In this document: piece after piece, positions 1-13,245 of the stretch
Layout of the letters: every line of letters begins with the position of its first letter
How positions within the stretch are numbered: position 1 is the stretch's first letter
Made by a program: the position numbers and the translations under genes
Source of the DNA: Eledone cirrhosa
Lineage: Eukaryota
Reading direction: 5' to 3'
Length of the DNA: 64,000 bases
Assembly: GCA_964016885.1 (NCBI GenBank)
Contig: OZ024740.1
Span: 417,880,001 to 417,944,000, forward strand
The notes under the pieces: model-generated
The model's database searches: none
The model's input: only the letters and a program-made list of their open reading frames with translations
Told to the model about the DNA's origin: nothing

Positions 1-379
1 ATATGTGTGTCTGGATCTGTATGTGTGTATGTGTACCATACGAGTGGTGATAAACTCCAGTATTCCGTGAGGGGGGGGGGGTGTTGGTAGAGAACGTCAG
101 AATACCTTAAAGATAGTTTATATTTCCTTATGAGTCCTTTATTAGTTCGTTTGAAATAATAAGGTTTTGAGACTTTCTCGGCTTCATCATCAGAATGAAT
201 TGATAGTAGTGTTTCATTGTTGCCACGTTCTTTAGTAGGAACCAAATCATCGTATGACTGCTGTTATATGGATCTAAAGTTGTAGAAATATATAAATACC
301 GACATTTAAGCGTGAAACTAATATATATCTTCATTGTACTTCACCGTCTCTTGTCTTGTGTATTTTTCCGTTTACTTTT

Positions 380-465
380 CACACACACAGACATATACAC
401 ACACACACACACACACACCATATATATATATATACATGTAAATACATATATACATATAAATACAT

Positions 466-511
<46 letters not shown>

Positions 512-739
512 AAAGTTTTATTAAAGATTGTATGGTTTTATAAATATAGTTTCCATTTGTTTAATATCGTATATATATATATATATATATAGGAAAAAGT
601 ATGACCCCGACGGCAGAGCTCAAGCCGTTTCGACGGCTGACGGCTTGAGCTCTGCCGTCGGGGTCATACTCTACTATCCTAAGTATTGAGTACTCTGGTG
701 CGTTATGGTCCATCTGGTTCCTTACCGCATTTCATTCGT

Positions 740-770
<31 letters not shown>

Positions 771-878
771 GTGTGTGTGTTTAAATAAAATTCCAACACA
801 ACCAGATTTTCACATGTTCTTTATTTTCACAAGTACTTTTAACAACAATTTTCAGGTGGATATTGACAACGACGGCAA

Positions 879-934
<56 letters not shown>

Positions 935-1220
935 TCTGTGCGCGCAAGTGTACACCGAGAGAGAGAGTGTGCGTGTATATGTGTGTGAGAGAGAGTGTGT
1001 GTGTGCGTGTATATGTGTGTGAGAGAGAGTGTGCGTGAGAGTGTGGGTGTGGGTGTTTGTGTGTGTGTGGGAGAGAGCGCGGGAGTGAGTGTATGTAAGA
1101 GAGAAAGGGTGGGAGTGTGTGCGAGAGAGAGGGGATGGGGTGTAAGAGAGAGAGGGGATGAGGTGTGTGAGAGAGAGGGGATGGGGTGTGTGAGAGAGAG
1201 GGGGGAGTGTGTGTAAGAGA
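380..1220. repeat. Cluster of (CA)n/(TA)n/(GT)n/(GA)n microsatellites and low-complexity DNA
   Basis: Directly visible dinucleotide tracts; the overlapping ORFs are HT/YI/CV dipeptide artefacts. Confidence 0.95.
598..670. repeat. Perfect 31-bp inverted repeat with 11-nt spacer, built from the 3' half of a hammerhead-like motif
   Basis: 598-628 agtatgaccccgacggcagagctcaagccgt is the exact reverse complement of 640-670; flanked by (TA)n at ~571-590 and ~740-767. Confidence 0.9.
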
Positions 1221-1689
1221 GAGATGTAATTTGACAGAAGTAGAATGAGAATATATAAACGGTCCGATTTAAAACATTCTTCACCTCACCATAAAACACT
1301 CCGATACAGCGACTGTCTGTTTAATCAACAGACAAAATAATAATGAGTTCATAAAGAAAGACAAGGAAGATTCAATGAAATTGTCTACCAATAAACAAAC
1401 AATAGACATCTAGTCAACTCGTTAACAAAACAATACAACAGCCAGTCTTTCTCCCAATATAATCAACAGACTAACACAACTACCAAACAGACGACATGAC
1501 GTCTGCTTGACGTTTTCCAATTCAAACTGGTAGAAGAAATAAACACTTCACTTAGCTTACAGATGAAGTAATCAGTTTAATAGCGACATTACTGGCGTTA
1601 CTTTACAAAACTAAATTTAAAATGAAATCGTATAATAGACTAAACAGTAATGTTTGATTTCAAAACATATCTATATGAATACGTTCGCC

Positions 1690-1705
1690 AGACACACACA
1701 CACAA

Positions 1706-1786
<81 letters not shown>
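1690..1786. repeat. (CA)n microsatellite
   Basis: Directly visible. Confidence 0.97.
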
Positions 1787-1789
<3 letters not shown>

Positions 1790-1859
1790 TTCACACATGT
1801 ATGCACGCAGACATTTCCACATGCGAATGCACACACACACCTATTCAGATTATATCATA

Positions 1860-2078
1860 TTGTCTGAGCCAAGATGGGCAGCTTCTATGTAGTCGCTCAA
1901 CATGCTCGAAATAGCACCCAAATCACCTTCAAATCCTACTTTAACGTCTTAAAAATGAACACATTTTATAATGGGATTCAATAAAAAGGTAGATGAGAAA
2001 AAGGGAAAGAATGATCATGGCTGGAACGCCATTAGTCTTTTTCATCAAGGCTGACCTGCGGTTAAACAACAACCACAA
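1860..2078 (+). mobile_element. Degenerate SINE-like interspersed repeat 3' portion ending in (AAC)n
   Basis: Tail gatcatggctggaacgcc...aaacaacaac recurs in degenerate form at ~29404-29488; resembles an abundant octopus repeat (recognition, not searched). Confidence 0.5.
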
Positions 2079-2119
2079 CATCATGCCACCTTTTACTACA
2101 TCTTAAAATTTCTCACATG

Positions 2120-2940
2120 TAGTGGCGGACTGGCCAGGTTGCCAGGTTGCCCAATGGCAAGTGGGCCCCAGGGGGCCCACGATGGCATTGCAAGAGCCCA
2201 CAATAGCATTGCCCACTGTAGTATTTTAGGGGCCAATGCTTTGCTTTCAAAAATTATCTGAAATCTAAGAGAAAGAATTAGATAAAAAAAAAAATTAATA
2301 AAACAATTAAGCAAAGCATTTGGTCAACCAATTCCCCAGGGAATTACTAGAAACCAAAATATACGATAGTGCAAATAGCTGGAATCAGTGGTTGTACATT
2401 CTACTAAATCTAAAGCGTAGTGTATTCATTCATGCATGCAAACATACATATATAGACACAGACACACCTCTCTCTCTCTTACTGCTCCCTCATTCTCTCT
2501 GTTTCTCCTACTTTCTTTCGCCCCCTCTGTCATGTCAGTTAACTCTTCCTCACACTTCCACTCACTCACTCACTGTTTCTCCTCTCCTCACTTCACCCCG
2601 TTCGCAACGAAAGCAATTTCTCTCTTTCTCACATTGCATTCGTTCGCGAAAGGTCTTTTTTCTAAGCGCTCATATATTCACCTAGCTTATGCTAACAGAA
2701 TAACTATGAAGCTTGTTTCCTTCCTTCTACGGTTAGCTCTACTCGTTGTTGTTTTCCTGTCTCACTCGCTTTACGCGTTTTAATTGTCCTAATAACTTAA
2801 TTTAGTTATTATTGCACCGACGTGAGGTATATGATTTTTAATGCAATGAAATATCTATGATCGTCGGCAAATCACTGATGAGGGACTTATTTTATTACAT
2901 GTTATCCATGTGCTACCAGCAGTATTTTTCTCCCCATTTT

Positions 2941-2988
<48 letters not shown>

Positions 2989-3717
2989 CTAAGGTGAAAC
3001 AATTGTTTTCGGTATGGTGAACTAACTGTTGTATTACCACTTCTACCTAACTCGTCCCATGGACTGAGTGCTCTACCACTACGGATATTACCTTCCAGTG
3101 TTCTACCTCTATATATATTTATATACTTACACACGAACTACTAACCAAATAATATTTGGTATCAATGGGTTAAAGACATCTGTCAAATCTGTGAAAGTGG
3201 TGAAGGTGGTATGTATATATATATAGAGAGAGAGAGAGTGTGTGCAAGACCAAAGGTCATTATTGAAAGTCTCTGGATTTCGCAAAATACATAATATATT
3301 TCATTGGAGAAGGTAAGATATTTTTCCGCAAAAATTTGATTGCACTGTTTTGTTTCTATTTATGTATTTTTTGAAAATGTTATTCATTCATTATAAAAAT
3401 TAAATGATAGCAGTCTATATGTAGGTGGGTCCCCTTCATTTGGCAACCAATATTTTTAGACCTAGTCCGCCACTGTATATATATATATATAATGCCAGTC
3501 ATTGTAAGTTTGAATCTAAATGACATCCAAAAAATATATATATAGGAATAAGGTAAGCCCAAATCATAGTAGATCAAATATCACAGAGAGAGGGGGGCGA
3601 GAGAGGAGGGGGAGAAATGAGGTGTAACAGAAATAAAAATAAATGATAGCTATCTATATGTAGGTGGGCTCCCTTCATTTCCTGACAACCAATATTTTTA
3701 GACCCTGTCCGCCACTG
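2120..3717 (+). mobile_element. Non-autonomous hAT-type DNA transposon with 8-bp target-site duplication
   Basis: Termini tagtggcggac (2120) and gtccgccactg (ends 3717); identical flanking 8-mer ctcacatg at 2112-2119 and 3718-3725; an 8-bp TSD is diagnostic of hAT. Confidence 0.85.
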
Positions 3718-4149
3718 CTCACATGTATACATGCGTCACACAGACGCAAATAAAACACTCCACGTCAGTCCTGCTCTAACATCTACGATGATACCAAAAA
3801 CAGATAAAAACATTGCAACGACTTGGCCTCTTAAAACCAGAAAATTATTTAACTTCTGATACTCTGTTGAGCCTCTACAACAGTCAAGTGGGACTAGTGT
3901 AAAGACTCACTTCGGTCACAAATGACCATGTGATTAACACATAGAAAGTTACCCTCCGAGGCACAAGGTTGTTTTGTGGAAGACCAGTAGTCGCCCATGT
4001 ATACCAGTCTCCCCTTTCCACGCCACCGATGATGTCCAAGGGAAAGACAATGGCTGATACAGCTTGGCACCAGTAACGTCGCAACTCATTTCTAGCTGAG
4101 TAAACTGGAACAAATAAAGTGAAATAAAGAGTCTTATTGATGCGCTAAC

Positions 4150-5012
4150 CTACTTTTGGCACAAGGCCAGCAAATACCCAGTACATTACTGGTACTCTAT
4201 TTTATCGACCCCGTATGGATGAAAGGCAAAGTTAACCTCGGCGGGATTTGAACACAGAATGTAAAGGGATCGTAAAGGGACATAACTATGCTGGAAAGCA
4301 TGTACGACCCCCTACCGATACTGCCAATTCTCCTGATTTAGGCACAAGACACGATTTTGAGGAAGGAGAAAGTCGATTAAATTGACCCCAGTGCATTACT
4401 GGTACTTTATTTTATAGACCCCGTAAGGACGAAAGGCGAAACTAACATCGACGGGATTTGAACTCAGAATGAAAAGAAATGTAACTCTATGCCACAAAGC
4501 ATGCTGTCCGACGCTCTACCAATCCACCACCATACTGCCAATCCACCACCCTGCGCTAGTCTAATAATTGTTTCTAATATAGGCACAAGGCCAGCAATTT
4601 GAAGGGGAGGAGAAAGTCAATTAAATGGACCCCAGTGTATTACTGGTGTTTATTTTATCGACCCCGGAAAGATGAAAGGCAAAGCTAGCCTCGGCGGGAT
4701 TTGAACACAGAACGTAAAGGTCCGTAACTCAATGCCGCGAAGCATGTTGTCCGACCCTCTGCTGATACTGCCAATCCCCTGCCCTTCTGCGCTAGCTTAA
4801 TAATGATTTCTAGTATAGGCACAAGGCCAGTAATTTGGGGGGAGGGAAAGTCGATGAAATGGACCGCAGTGTATTACTAGTGCTTTATTTTATTGACCCC
4901 GTAAGGATGAAAGGCGAAGTTAATTCCGGCGGGATTTGAACTCAGATCGTAAAGGACCGTAACTCTATGCTGCAAAGCATGGCGTCCGACCCTCTATCGA
5001 TACTGCCAATCC
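4150..5012 (-). mobile_element. Four head-to-tail copies of a tRNA-derived SINE (Meta-domain-like body)
   Basis: Each ~190-240-bp unit reads on - strand ggcagtatcggtagag (A box)...gttcaaatcccg (B box)...gcctttcatccttacggggtcgataaaataaagtaccag...gctggccttgtgcc. Confidence 0.85.
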
Positions 5013-5289
5013 AATATAATATTAATAATATGTAAGAACGAATTGTGACGCATTAAGCTATATATATATATATATGGAGAGGGGGTGAGAGATGGAGAGA
5101 TGCAAAGATTATTAATACATGCATGTGTGTGTATATATATATATATATATATGGAGAGGGCGTGAGAGATGGAGAGATGCATGTGTATATATATATATAT
5201 ATATACACACACACAATGATCCCAGATTTGTAAAACAGTAAAAGCAGTACACAGTGTAACATTGAATGATTATCAACAATAACCAACAT

Positions 5290-8200
5290 ATAGTACAGTA
5301 GTTAGTATAGAAGGTCACTGGTCGAGCATTATATAGTACTGTAGTACTATATAGTAGTATAGAAAGTCACTGGTCCAGTATTATATAGTACAGTAGTACT
5401 ATACAGTAGTATAGAAAGTCACTGGTCGAGCATTATATCGTACAGTAGTACTATATAGTAGTATAGAAAGTCACTGGTCCAGTGTTATATAGTACAGTAG
5501 TACTATACAGTAGTATAGAAAGTCACTGGTCCAGTATTATATAGTACAGTAGTACTATACAGTAGTATAGAAAGTCACTGGTCGAGCATTATATAGTACA
5601 GTAGTACTATACAGTAGTATAGAAAGTCACTGGTCGAGCATTATATAGTACAGTAGTACTATATAGTAGTATAGAAAGTCACTGGTCCAGTATTATATAG
5701 TACAGTAGTACTATACAGTAGTATAGAAAGTCATTGGTCCAGCATTATATAGTACTGTAGTACTACTATACAGTAGTATAGAAAGACTGTTCCAACATTA
5801 TATAGTACTGTAGTACGATACAGTGGTATAGAAAGACTGGTCCAACATTATATAGTACTGTAGTACGATACAGAGGTATAGAAAGACTGGTCCAACATTA
5901 TATAGTATTGTAGTACGATACAGTGGTATAGAAAGTCACTGGTCCAACATTATATAGTACTGTAGTACGATACAGTGGTATAGAAAGTCTGGTCCAGCAT
6001 TATATAGTACTGTAGTACTACTATACAGTAGTATAGAAAGACTGGTCCAACATTATATAGTACTGTAGTAAGATACAGTGGTATAGAAAGTCACTGGTCC
6101 AACATTATATAGTACTGTAGTACGATAAAGAGGTATAGAAAGACTGGTCCAACATTATATAGTACTGTAGTACGATACAGAGGTATAGAAAGACTGGTCC
6201 AACATTATATAGTACTGTAGTACGATACAGTGGTATAGAAAGTCACTGGTCCAACATTATATAGTACTTTAGTACGATACAGTGGTATAGAAAGTCACTG
6301 GTCCAACATTATATAGTACTGTAGTACGATACAGAGGTATAGAATGACTGGTCCAACATTATATAGTACTGTAGTACGATACAGAGGTATAGAAAGACTG
6401 GTCCAACATTATATAGTACTGTAGTACGATACAGTGGTATAGAAAGACTGGTCCAACATTATATAGTACTGTAGTACGATACAGAGGTATAGAAAGTCAC
6501 TGGTCCAACATTATATAGTACTGTAGTATGATACAGAGGTATAGAAAGACTGGTCCAACATTATATAGTACTGTAGTACGATACAGAGGTATAGAAAGAC
6601 TGGTCCAACATTATATAGTACTGTAGTACGATACAGAGGTATAGAAAAACTGGTCCAACATTATATAGTACTGTAGTACGATACAGTGGTATAGAAAGTC
6701 ACTGGTCCAACATTATATAGTACTGTAGTACGATACAGAGGTATAGAAAGACTGGTCCAACATTATATAGTACTGTAGTACGATACAGAGGTATAGAAAG
6801 ACTGGTCCAACATTATATAGTACTGTAGTACGATACAGTGGTATAGAAAGACTGGTCCAACATTATATAGTACTGTAGTACGATACAGAGGTATAGAAAG
6901 TCACTGGTCCAACATTATATAGTACTGTAGTATGATACAGAGGTATAGAAAGACTGGTCCAACATTATATAGTACTGTAGTACGATACAGAGGTATAGAA
7001 AGACTGGTCCAACATTATATAGTACTGTAGTACGATACAGAGGTATAGAAAAACTGGTCCAACATTATATAGTACTGTAGTACGATACAGTGGTATAGAA
7101 AGTCACTGGTCCAACATTATATAGTACTGTAGTACGATACAGAGGTATAGAAAGACTGGTCCAAGATTATATAGTACTGTAGTACGATACAGAGGTATAG
7201 AAAGACTGGTCCAACATTATATAGTACTGTAGTACGATACAGAGGTATAGAAAGACTGGTCCAACATTATATAGTACTGTAGTACGATACAGAGGTATAG
7301 AAAGACTGGTTCAACATTATATAGTACTGTAGTACGATACAGAGGTATAGAAAGTCACTGGTCCAACATTATATAGTACTGTAGTACGATACAGAGGTAT
7401 AGAAAGACTGGTCCAACATTATATAGTACTGTAGTACGATACAGAGGTATAGAAAGTCACTGGTCCAACATTATATAGTACTGTAGTACGATACAGAGGT
7501 ATAGAAAGACTGGTCCAACATTATATAGTACTGTACTACGATACAGAGGTATAGAAAGTCACTGGTCCAACATTATATAGTACTGTAGTACGATACAGAG
7601 GTATAGAAAGACTGGTCCAACATTATATAGTACTGTAGTACGATACAGAGGTATAGAAAGACTGGTCCAACATTATATAGTACTGTAGTACGATACAGAG
7701 GTATAGAAAGACTGGTCCAACATTATATAGTACTGTAGTACGATACAGTGGTATAGAAAGTCACTGGTCCAACATTATATAGTACTGTAGTACGATACAG
7801 AGGTATAGAAAGACTGGTCCAACATTATATAGTACTGTAGTACGATACAGTGGTATAGAAAGTCACTGGTCCAACATTATATAGTACTGTAGTACGATAC
7901 AGAGGTATAGAAAGACTGGTCCAACATTATATAGTACTGTAGTACGATACAGTGGTATAGAAAGACTGGTCCAACATTATATAGTACTGTAGTACGATAC
8001 AGAGGTATAGAAAGTCACTGGTCCAACATTATATAGTACTGTAGTATGATACAGAGGTATAGAAAGACTGGTCCAACATTATATAGTACTGTAGTACGAT
8101 ACAGAGGTATAGAAAGACTGGTCCAACATTATATAGTACTGTAGTACGATACAGAGGTATAGAAAAACTGGTCCAACATTATATAGTACTGTAGTACGAT

Positions 8201-10305
8201 ACAGTGGTATAGAAAGTCACTGGTCCAACATTATATAGTACTGTAGTACGATACAGAGGTATAGAAAGACTGGTCCAACATTATATAGTACTGTAGTACG
8301 ATACAGAGGTATAGAAAGACTGGTCCAACATTATATAGTACTGTAGTACGATACAGTGGTATAGAAAGACTGGTCCAACATTATATAGTACTGTAGTACG
8401 ATACAGAGGTATAGAAAGTCACTGGTCCAACATTATATAGTACTGTAGTATGATACAGAGGTATAGAAAGACTGGTCCAACATTATATAGTACTGTAGTA
8501 CGATACAGAGGTATAGAAAGACTGGTCCAACATTATATAGTACTGTAGTACGATACAGAGGTATAGAAAAACTGGTCCAACATTATATAGTACTGTAGTA
8601 CGATACAGTGGTATAGAAAGTCACTGGTCCAACATTATATAGTACTGTAGTACGATACAGAGGTATAGAAAGACTGGTCCAAGATTATATAGTACTGTAG
8701 TACGATACAGAGGTATAGAAAGACTGGTCCAACATTATATAGTACTGTAGTACGATGCAGAGGTATAGAAAGACTGGTCCAACATTATATAGTACTGTAG
8801 TACGATACAGAGGTATAGAAAGACTGGTCCAACATTATATAGTACTGTAGTACGATACAGAGGTATAGAAAGTCACTGGTCCAACATTATATAGTACTGT
8901 AGTACGATACAGAGGTATAGAAAGACTGGTCCAACATTATATAGTACTGTAGTACGATACAGAGGTATAGAAAGTCACTGGTCCAACATTATATAGTACT
9001 GTAGTACGATACAGAGGTATAGAAAGACTGGTCCAACATTATATAGTACTGTACTACGATACAGAGGTATAGAAAGTCACTGGTCCAACATTATATAGTA
9101 CTGTAGTACGATACAGAGGTATAGAAAGACTGGTCCAACATTATATAGTACTGTAGTACGATACAGAGGTATAGAAAGACTGGTCCAACATTATATAGTA
9201 CTGTAGTACGATACAGAGGTATAGAAAAACTGGTCCAACATTATATAGTACTGTAGTACGATACAGTGGTATAGAAAGTCACTGGTCCAACATTATATAG
9301 TACTGTAGTACGATACAGAGGTATAGAAAGACTGGTCCAAGATTATATAGTACTGTAGTACGATACAGAGGTATAGAAAGACTGGTCCAACATTATATAG
9401 TACTGTAGTACGATACAGAGGTATAGAAAGACTGGTCCAACATTATATAGTACTGTAGTACGATACAGAGGTATAGAAAGACTGGTCCAACATTATATAG
9501 TACTGTAGTACGATACAGAGGTATAGAAAGTCACTGGTCCAACATTATATAGTACTGTAGTACGATACAGAGGTATAGAAAGACTGGTCCAACATTATAT
9601 AGTACTGTAGTACGATACAGAGGTATAGAAAGTCACTGGTCCAACATTATATAGTACTGTAGTACGATACAGAGGTATAGAAAGACTGGTCCAACATTAT
9701 ATAGTACTGTACTACGATACAGAGGTATAGAAAGTCACTGGTCCAACATTATATAGTACTGTAGTACGATACAGAGGTATAGAAAGACTGGTCCAACATT
9801 ATATAGTACTGTAGTACGATACAGAGGTATAGAAAGACTGGTCCAACATTATATAGTACTGTAGTACGATACAGAGGTATAGAAAGACTGGTCCAACATT
9901 ATATAGTACTGTAGTACGATACAGTGGTATAGAAAGTCACTGGTCCAACATTATATAGTACTGTAGTACGATACAGAGGTATAGAAAGACTGGTCCAACA
10001 TTATATAGTACTGTAGTACGATACAGTGGTATAGAAAGTCACTGGTCCAACATTATATAGTACTGTAGTACGATACAGAGGTATAGAAAGACTGGTCCAA
10101 CATTATATAGTACTGTAGTACGATACAGTGGTATAGAAAGTCACTGGTCCAACATATAATAGTATTGTAGTACGATACAGTGGTATAGAAAGTCACTGGT
10201 CCAACATTATATAGTACTGTAGTACGATACAGAGGTATAGAAAGACTGGTCCAACATTATATAGTACTGTAGTACGATACAGTGGTATAGAAAGTCACTG
10301 GTCCA
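5290..10305. repeat. ~5-kb satellite of 50/52-bp monomers (~100 copies) with higher-order structure
   Basis: Consensus actggtccaacattatatagtactgtagtacgatacagaggtatagaaag(tc); divergent variant type at left edge 5290-5760. Confidence 0.97.
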
Positions 10306-10436
10306 GCTGTTGTGGATCAGTTTATCTTTTTTACTCTTGTGACAAGATGGTAATTTGATAGACGTTTGTTGTTTTGAAATAATGCTTTATTAATCCTTCA
10401 ATCTTATCTCAAGCAAAATAATCGTTATAACATATA

Positions 10437-10515
10437 CAGAACGTCCGCCAAAAATGTATACACACTTCAACAGCATTCTAATAATAATGTGTATACATTT
10501 TTGGAAGACACCTTG
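10437..10515. mobile_element. 79-bp Tc1/mariner-type mini-MITE
   Basis: TA at both flanks; perfect 17-bp inverted arms ccaaaaatgtatacaca / tgtgtatacatttttgg within longer imperfect TIRs. Confidence 0.65.
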
Positions 10516-10554
10516 TATATATTTTACACTGTGTTGCTGAAAAGTATTTATTAT

Positions 10555-10737
10555 ATCGGCAGTATCGGTAGAGGGTCCAACGCCATGCTTTGATGCATAG
10601 AGTTACGGCCCTTTCCGTTCTGAGTTCAAATCCCGCTGATGTTAACTTTGCCTTTCATCCTTACGGGGTTGATAAAATAAAGTACCAGTAATGTACTGGG
10701 TAATTGCTGGCCTTGTGCCAAAAGTAGAAACAATTAT
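10555..10737 (+). mobile_element. tRNA-derived SINE, same family as 4150-5012
   Basis: ggcagtatcggtagag...gagttcaaatcccg...gcctttcatccttacgggg...gctggccttgtgccaaaagtagaaac. Confidence 0.85.
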
Positions 10738-10811
10738 CTTAACACGGCGTATATTGTTAGGAAACACATCAAACTCTCTGATGCTCACTTCCTACCATTT
10801 ATCCCAATATA

Positions 10812-11238
10812 CAGTGGAACCTCGGTTCACGAACATAATTCGTAAATATCATAAGTCGTTCCATCCGATTCATGCCATCCACCACCACAATGATAATGTT
10901 TTCTATGTATAGTGGAACCTCGGTTGACAAACATAATTCGTTCCTGAAAGACGTCGTCAACCGAAATATTTGTAAACCGAAAGCATTTTTCCTATACGAA
11001 ATGTTGAAAGAGTGAGTGAGAGTGAGAGAGAAATAGACTGTGTGAAAGATAGATAGATATCACCATAGTAACTAACTACACATTGAATGACGTTTTTCCG
11101 CCGATACTCCCAGCTTGTCACCAACTATCGTTGTTGGCTTGTGTGTTCGTTACCCGAGACACCGTTCGACAACCGAGACGTTATATGTTCGGAAAAATTG
11201 CTCGTGAACCGATTTGTTTGTAATCTGAGGTTCCACTG
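10812..11238. mobile_element. Tigger/pogo-type MITE with duplicated left terminus
   Basis: TA|cagtggaacctcgg at 10812, second copy tagtggaacctcgg at 10910, right end ctgaggttccactg|TA at 11238. Confidence 0.75.
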
Positions 11239-11776
11239 TATATATAGTGATTGTTGTTTTATTGATGAAATATTGCTGATGTTTTGTTTGTTTTTTTCCT
11301 GATAGCAGTGTTCCAGCATGGCCACATCCTACTAACAACAACTAGTAAAAAGAAAAAAATGGAAAAATAAAAACCCCACGAGGGAAGTTGCCATATCCTT
11401 GGCACAGCAGAAGAACCTTACTGATTATGTTTGACACGTTTTCTATGAGTAGATGTCTTTCTTATCAGCAACCGCTTTACAGAGTGTACTCAGTGCGTTT
11501 ATTTTGTAGATCACCAATACTGGAGAGGTTGTTGTGCCCCTGGGACACTTAAAGAGTCCTCACCACCCATTTTCAGTAGGGCTTCTACAGTAAAGTGCCC
11601 TTCCTATCAACAACCATCTGATAGGGTGTATTGGGAGCATTTATCGCTGCATCGGCACAAGAGAGGTTGTCGATATTGATTCGACTAAAGAACCCTCGCT
11701 ATCCTACAACTGGTGCTGGGCTGTATAGCACGGGTGGGTGTTAAGTGTGGTGGTATTTGACTAAGTAAAGAAGTTG

Positions 11777-11777
<1 letters not shown>

Positions 11778-11863
<86 letters not shown>

Positions 11864-11984
11864 TAGAGACAGACAGAGAGAGAGAGACACAGACAAACAG
11901 AGAGACAGACATAGAGAGAGACAGAGAGAGAGACAGAGAGAGAGACACAGACAAACAGAGAGACAGACATAGAGAGAGACAGAC

Positions 11985-12021
<37 letters not shown>

Positions 12022-12060
12022 CAGACAGACATAGAGACAGACAGAGAGAGAGACACAGAC

Positions 12061-12099
<39 letters not shown>

Positions 12100-12142
12100 G
12101 AGACAGACAGAGAGAGAGACACAGAAAAATAGAGAGACAGAC

Positions 12143-12179
<37 letters not shown>

Positions 12180-12294
12180 CAGACAGAGAGAGAGAGACAC
12201 CGTAAACAGAGAGACAGACAGAGACAGAGACAGAGAGAGAGACAGAGTGAGAGACAGAGAGAGAGTGAGAGAGAGAGACAGACAAACAGAGAGA

Positions 12295-12352
<58 letters not shown>

Positions 12353-12355
12353 AAC

Positions 12356-12386
<31 letters not shown>

Positions 12387-12533
12387 AACAGAGGGACAGA
12401 CAGAGACAGAGAGAGAGACAGAGAGACATAGAGACAGACAGAGAGAGAGACACAGACAAACAGAGAGACAGAGAGAGTGAGAGAGAGAGACAGAGAGAGA
12501 GTGAGAGAGAGAGAGAGAGAGAGAGACAGACAT

Positions 12534-12584
<51 letters not shown>

Positions 12585-12607
12585 GAGACAGAGACAGACA
12601 TAGAGAC

Positions 12608-12656
<49 letters not shown>

Positions 12657-12693
12657 GAGACAGAGAGAGAGAGAGAGAGAGAGACATAGAGAC

Positions 12694-12738
<45 letters not shown>

Positions 12739-12767
12739 TAGAGACAGACAGAGAGAGAGACACAGAC

Positions 12768-12813
<46 letters not shown>
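11778..12813. repeat. ~1-kb compound (GA)n/(GACA)n purine-rich tract
   Basis: Directly visible; source of the SL/ER dipeptide ORFs. Confidence 0.97.
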
Positions 12814-12817
<4 letters not shown>

Positions 12818-12924
12818 TTGGCAGTGTGGGAGGTGCTGTGGTTGTAACAGGTACTGGGATGTGGCTATGACTGGTGTTTCAGGGTTTAGGGAGGGGTGAC
12901 CTAATGTAGAACGGGGTGACGAGT

Positions 12925-13245
12925 TGAAGGGAAGGGGAAAGTCGATTAAATCGATCCCAGTGAGGCATTGGTACTTTATTTTATCAACCCCGTAAGAATG
13001 AAAGGCAAAGCTGACCTCGGTGGGATTTGAACTCAGACCCGTAACAAAATATTACTAAGCATTTGTAGGATACTCTAACGACTCTACCAATCTACTCTCC
13101 AATAATGGTTCTTATATAGGCACAAGGCCAGCAATTTGGGGGGAGGGGAAAGTCGATTAAATCGACCTCAGTGCGTGACTGGTACTTTATTTTATCAATC
13201 CCGTAAGGATGAAAGGCAAAGTTAACCTCGGCGGGATTTGAACTC
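12925..13245 (-). mobile_element. Two tandem tRNA-derived SINE copies, the second 5'-truncated
   Basis: Same body motifs (tggtactttattttatc...gaaaggcaaag...ggcgggatttgaactc) as 4150-5012. Confidence 0.8.

Noticed and set aside
160-200. Hammerhead on minus strand (CTGATGA at 193-187)
   Set aside because: GAAA box reads AAAA and stems I-III do not pair convincingly
10555-10640. tRNA gene
   Set aside because: A/B boxes belong to a SINE head followed by the family body; no clean cloverleaf
11685-12769. Long SL/ER-rich ORFs
   Set aside because: Translations of the GA microsatellite
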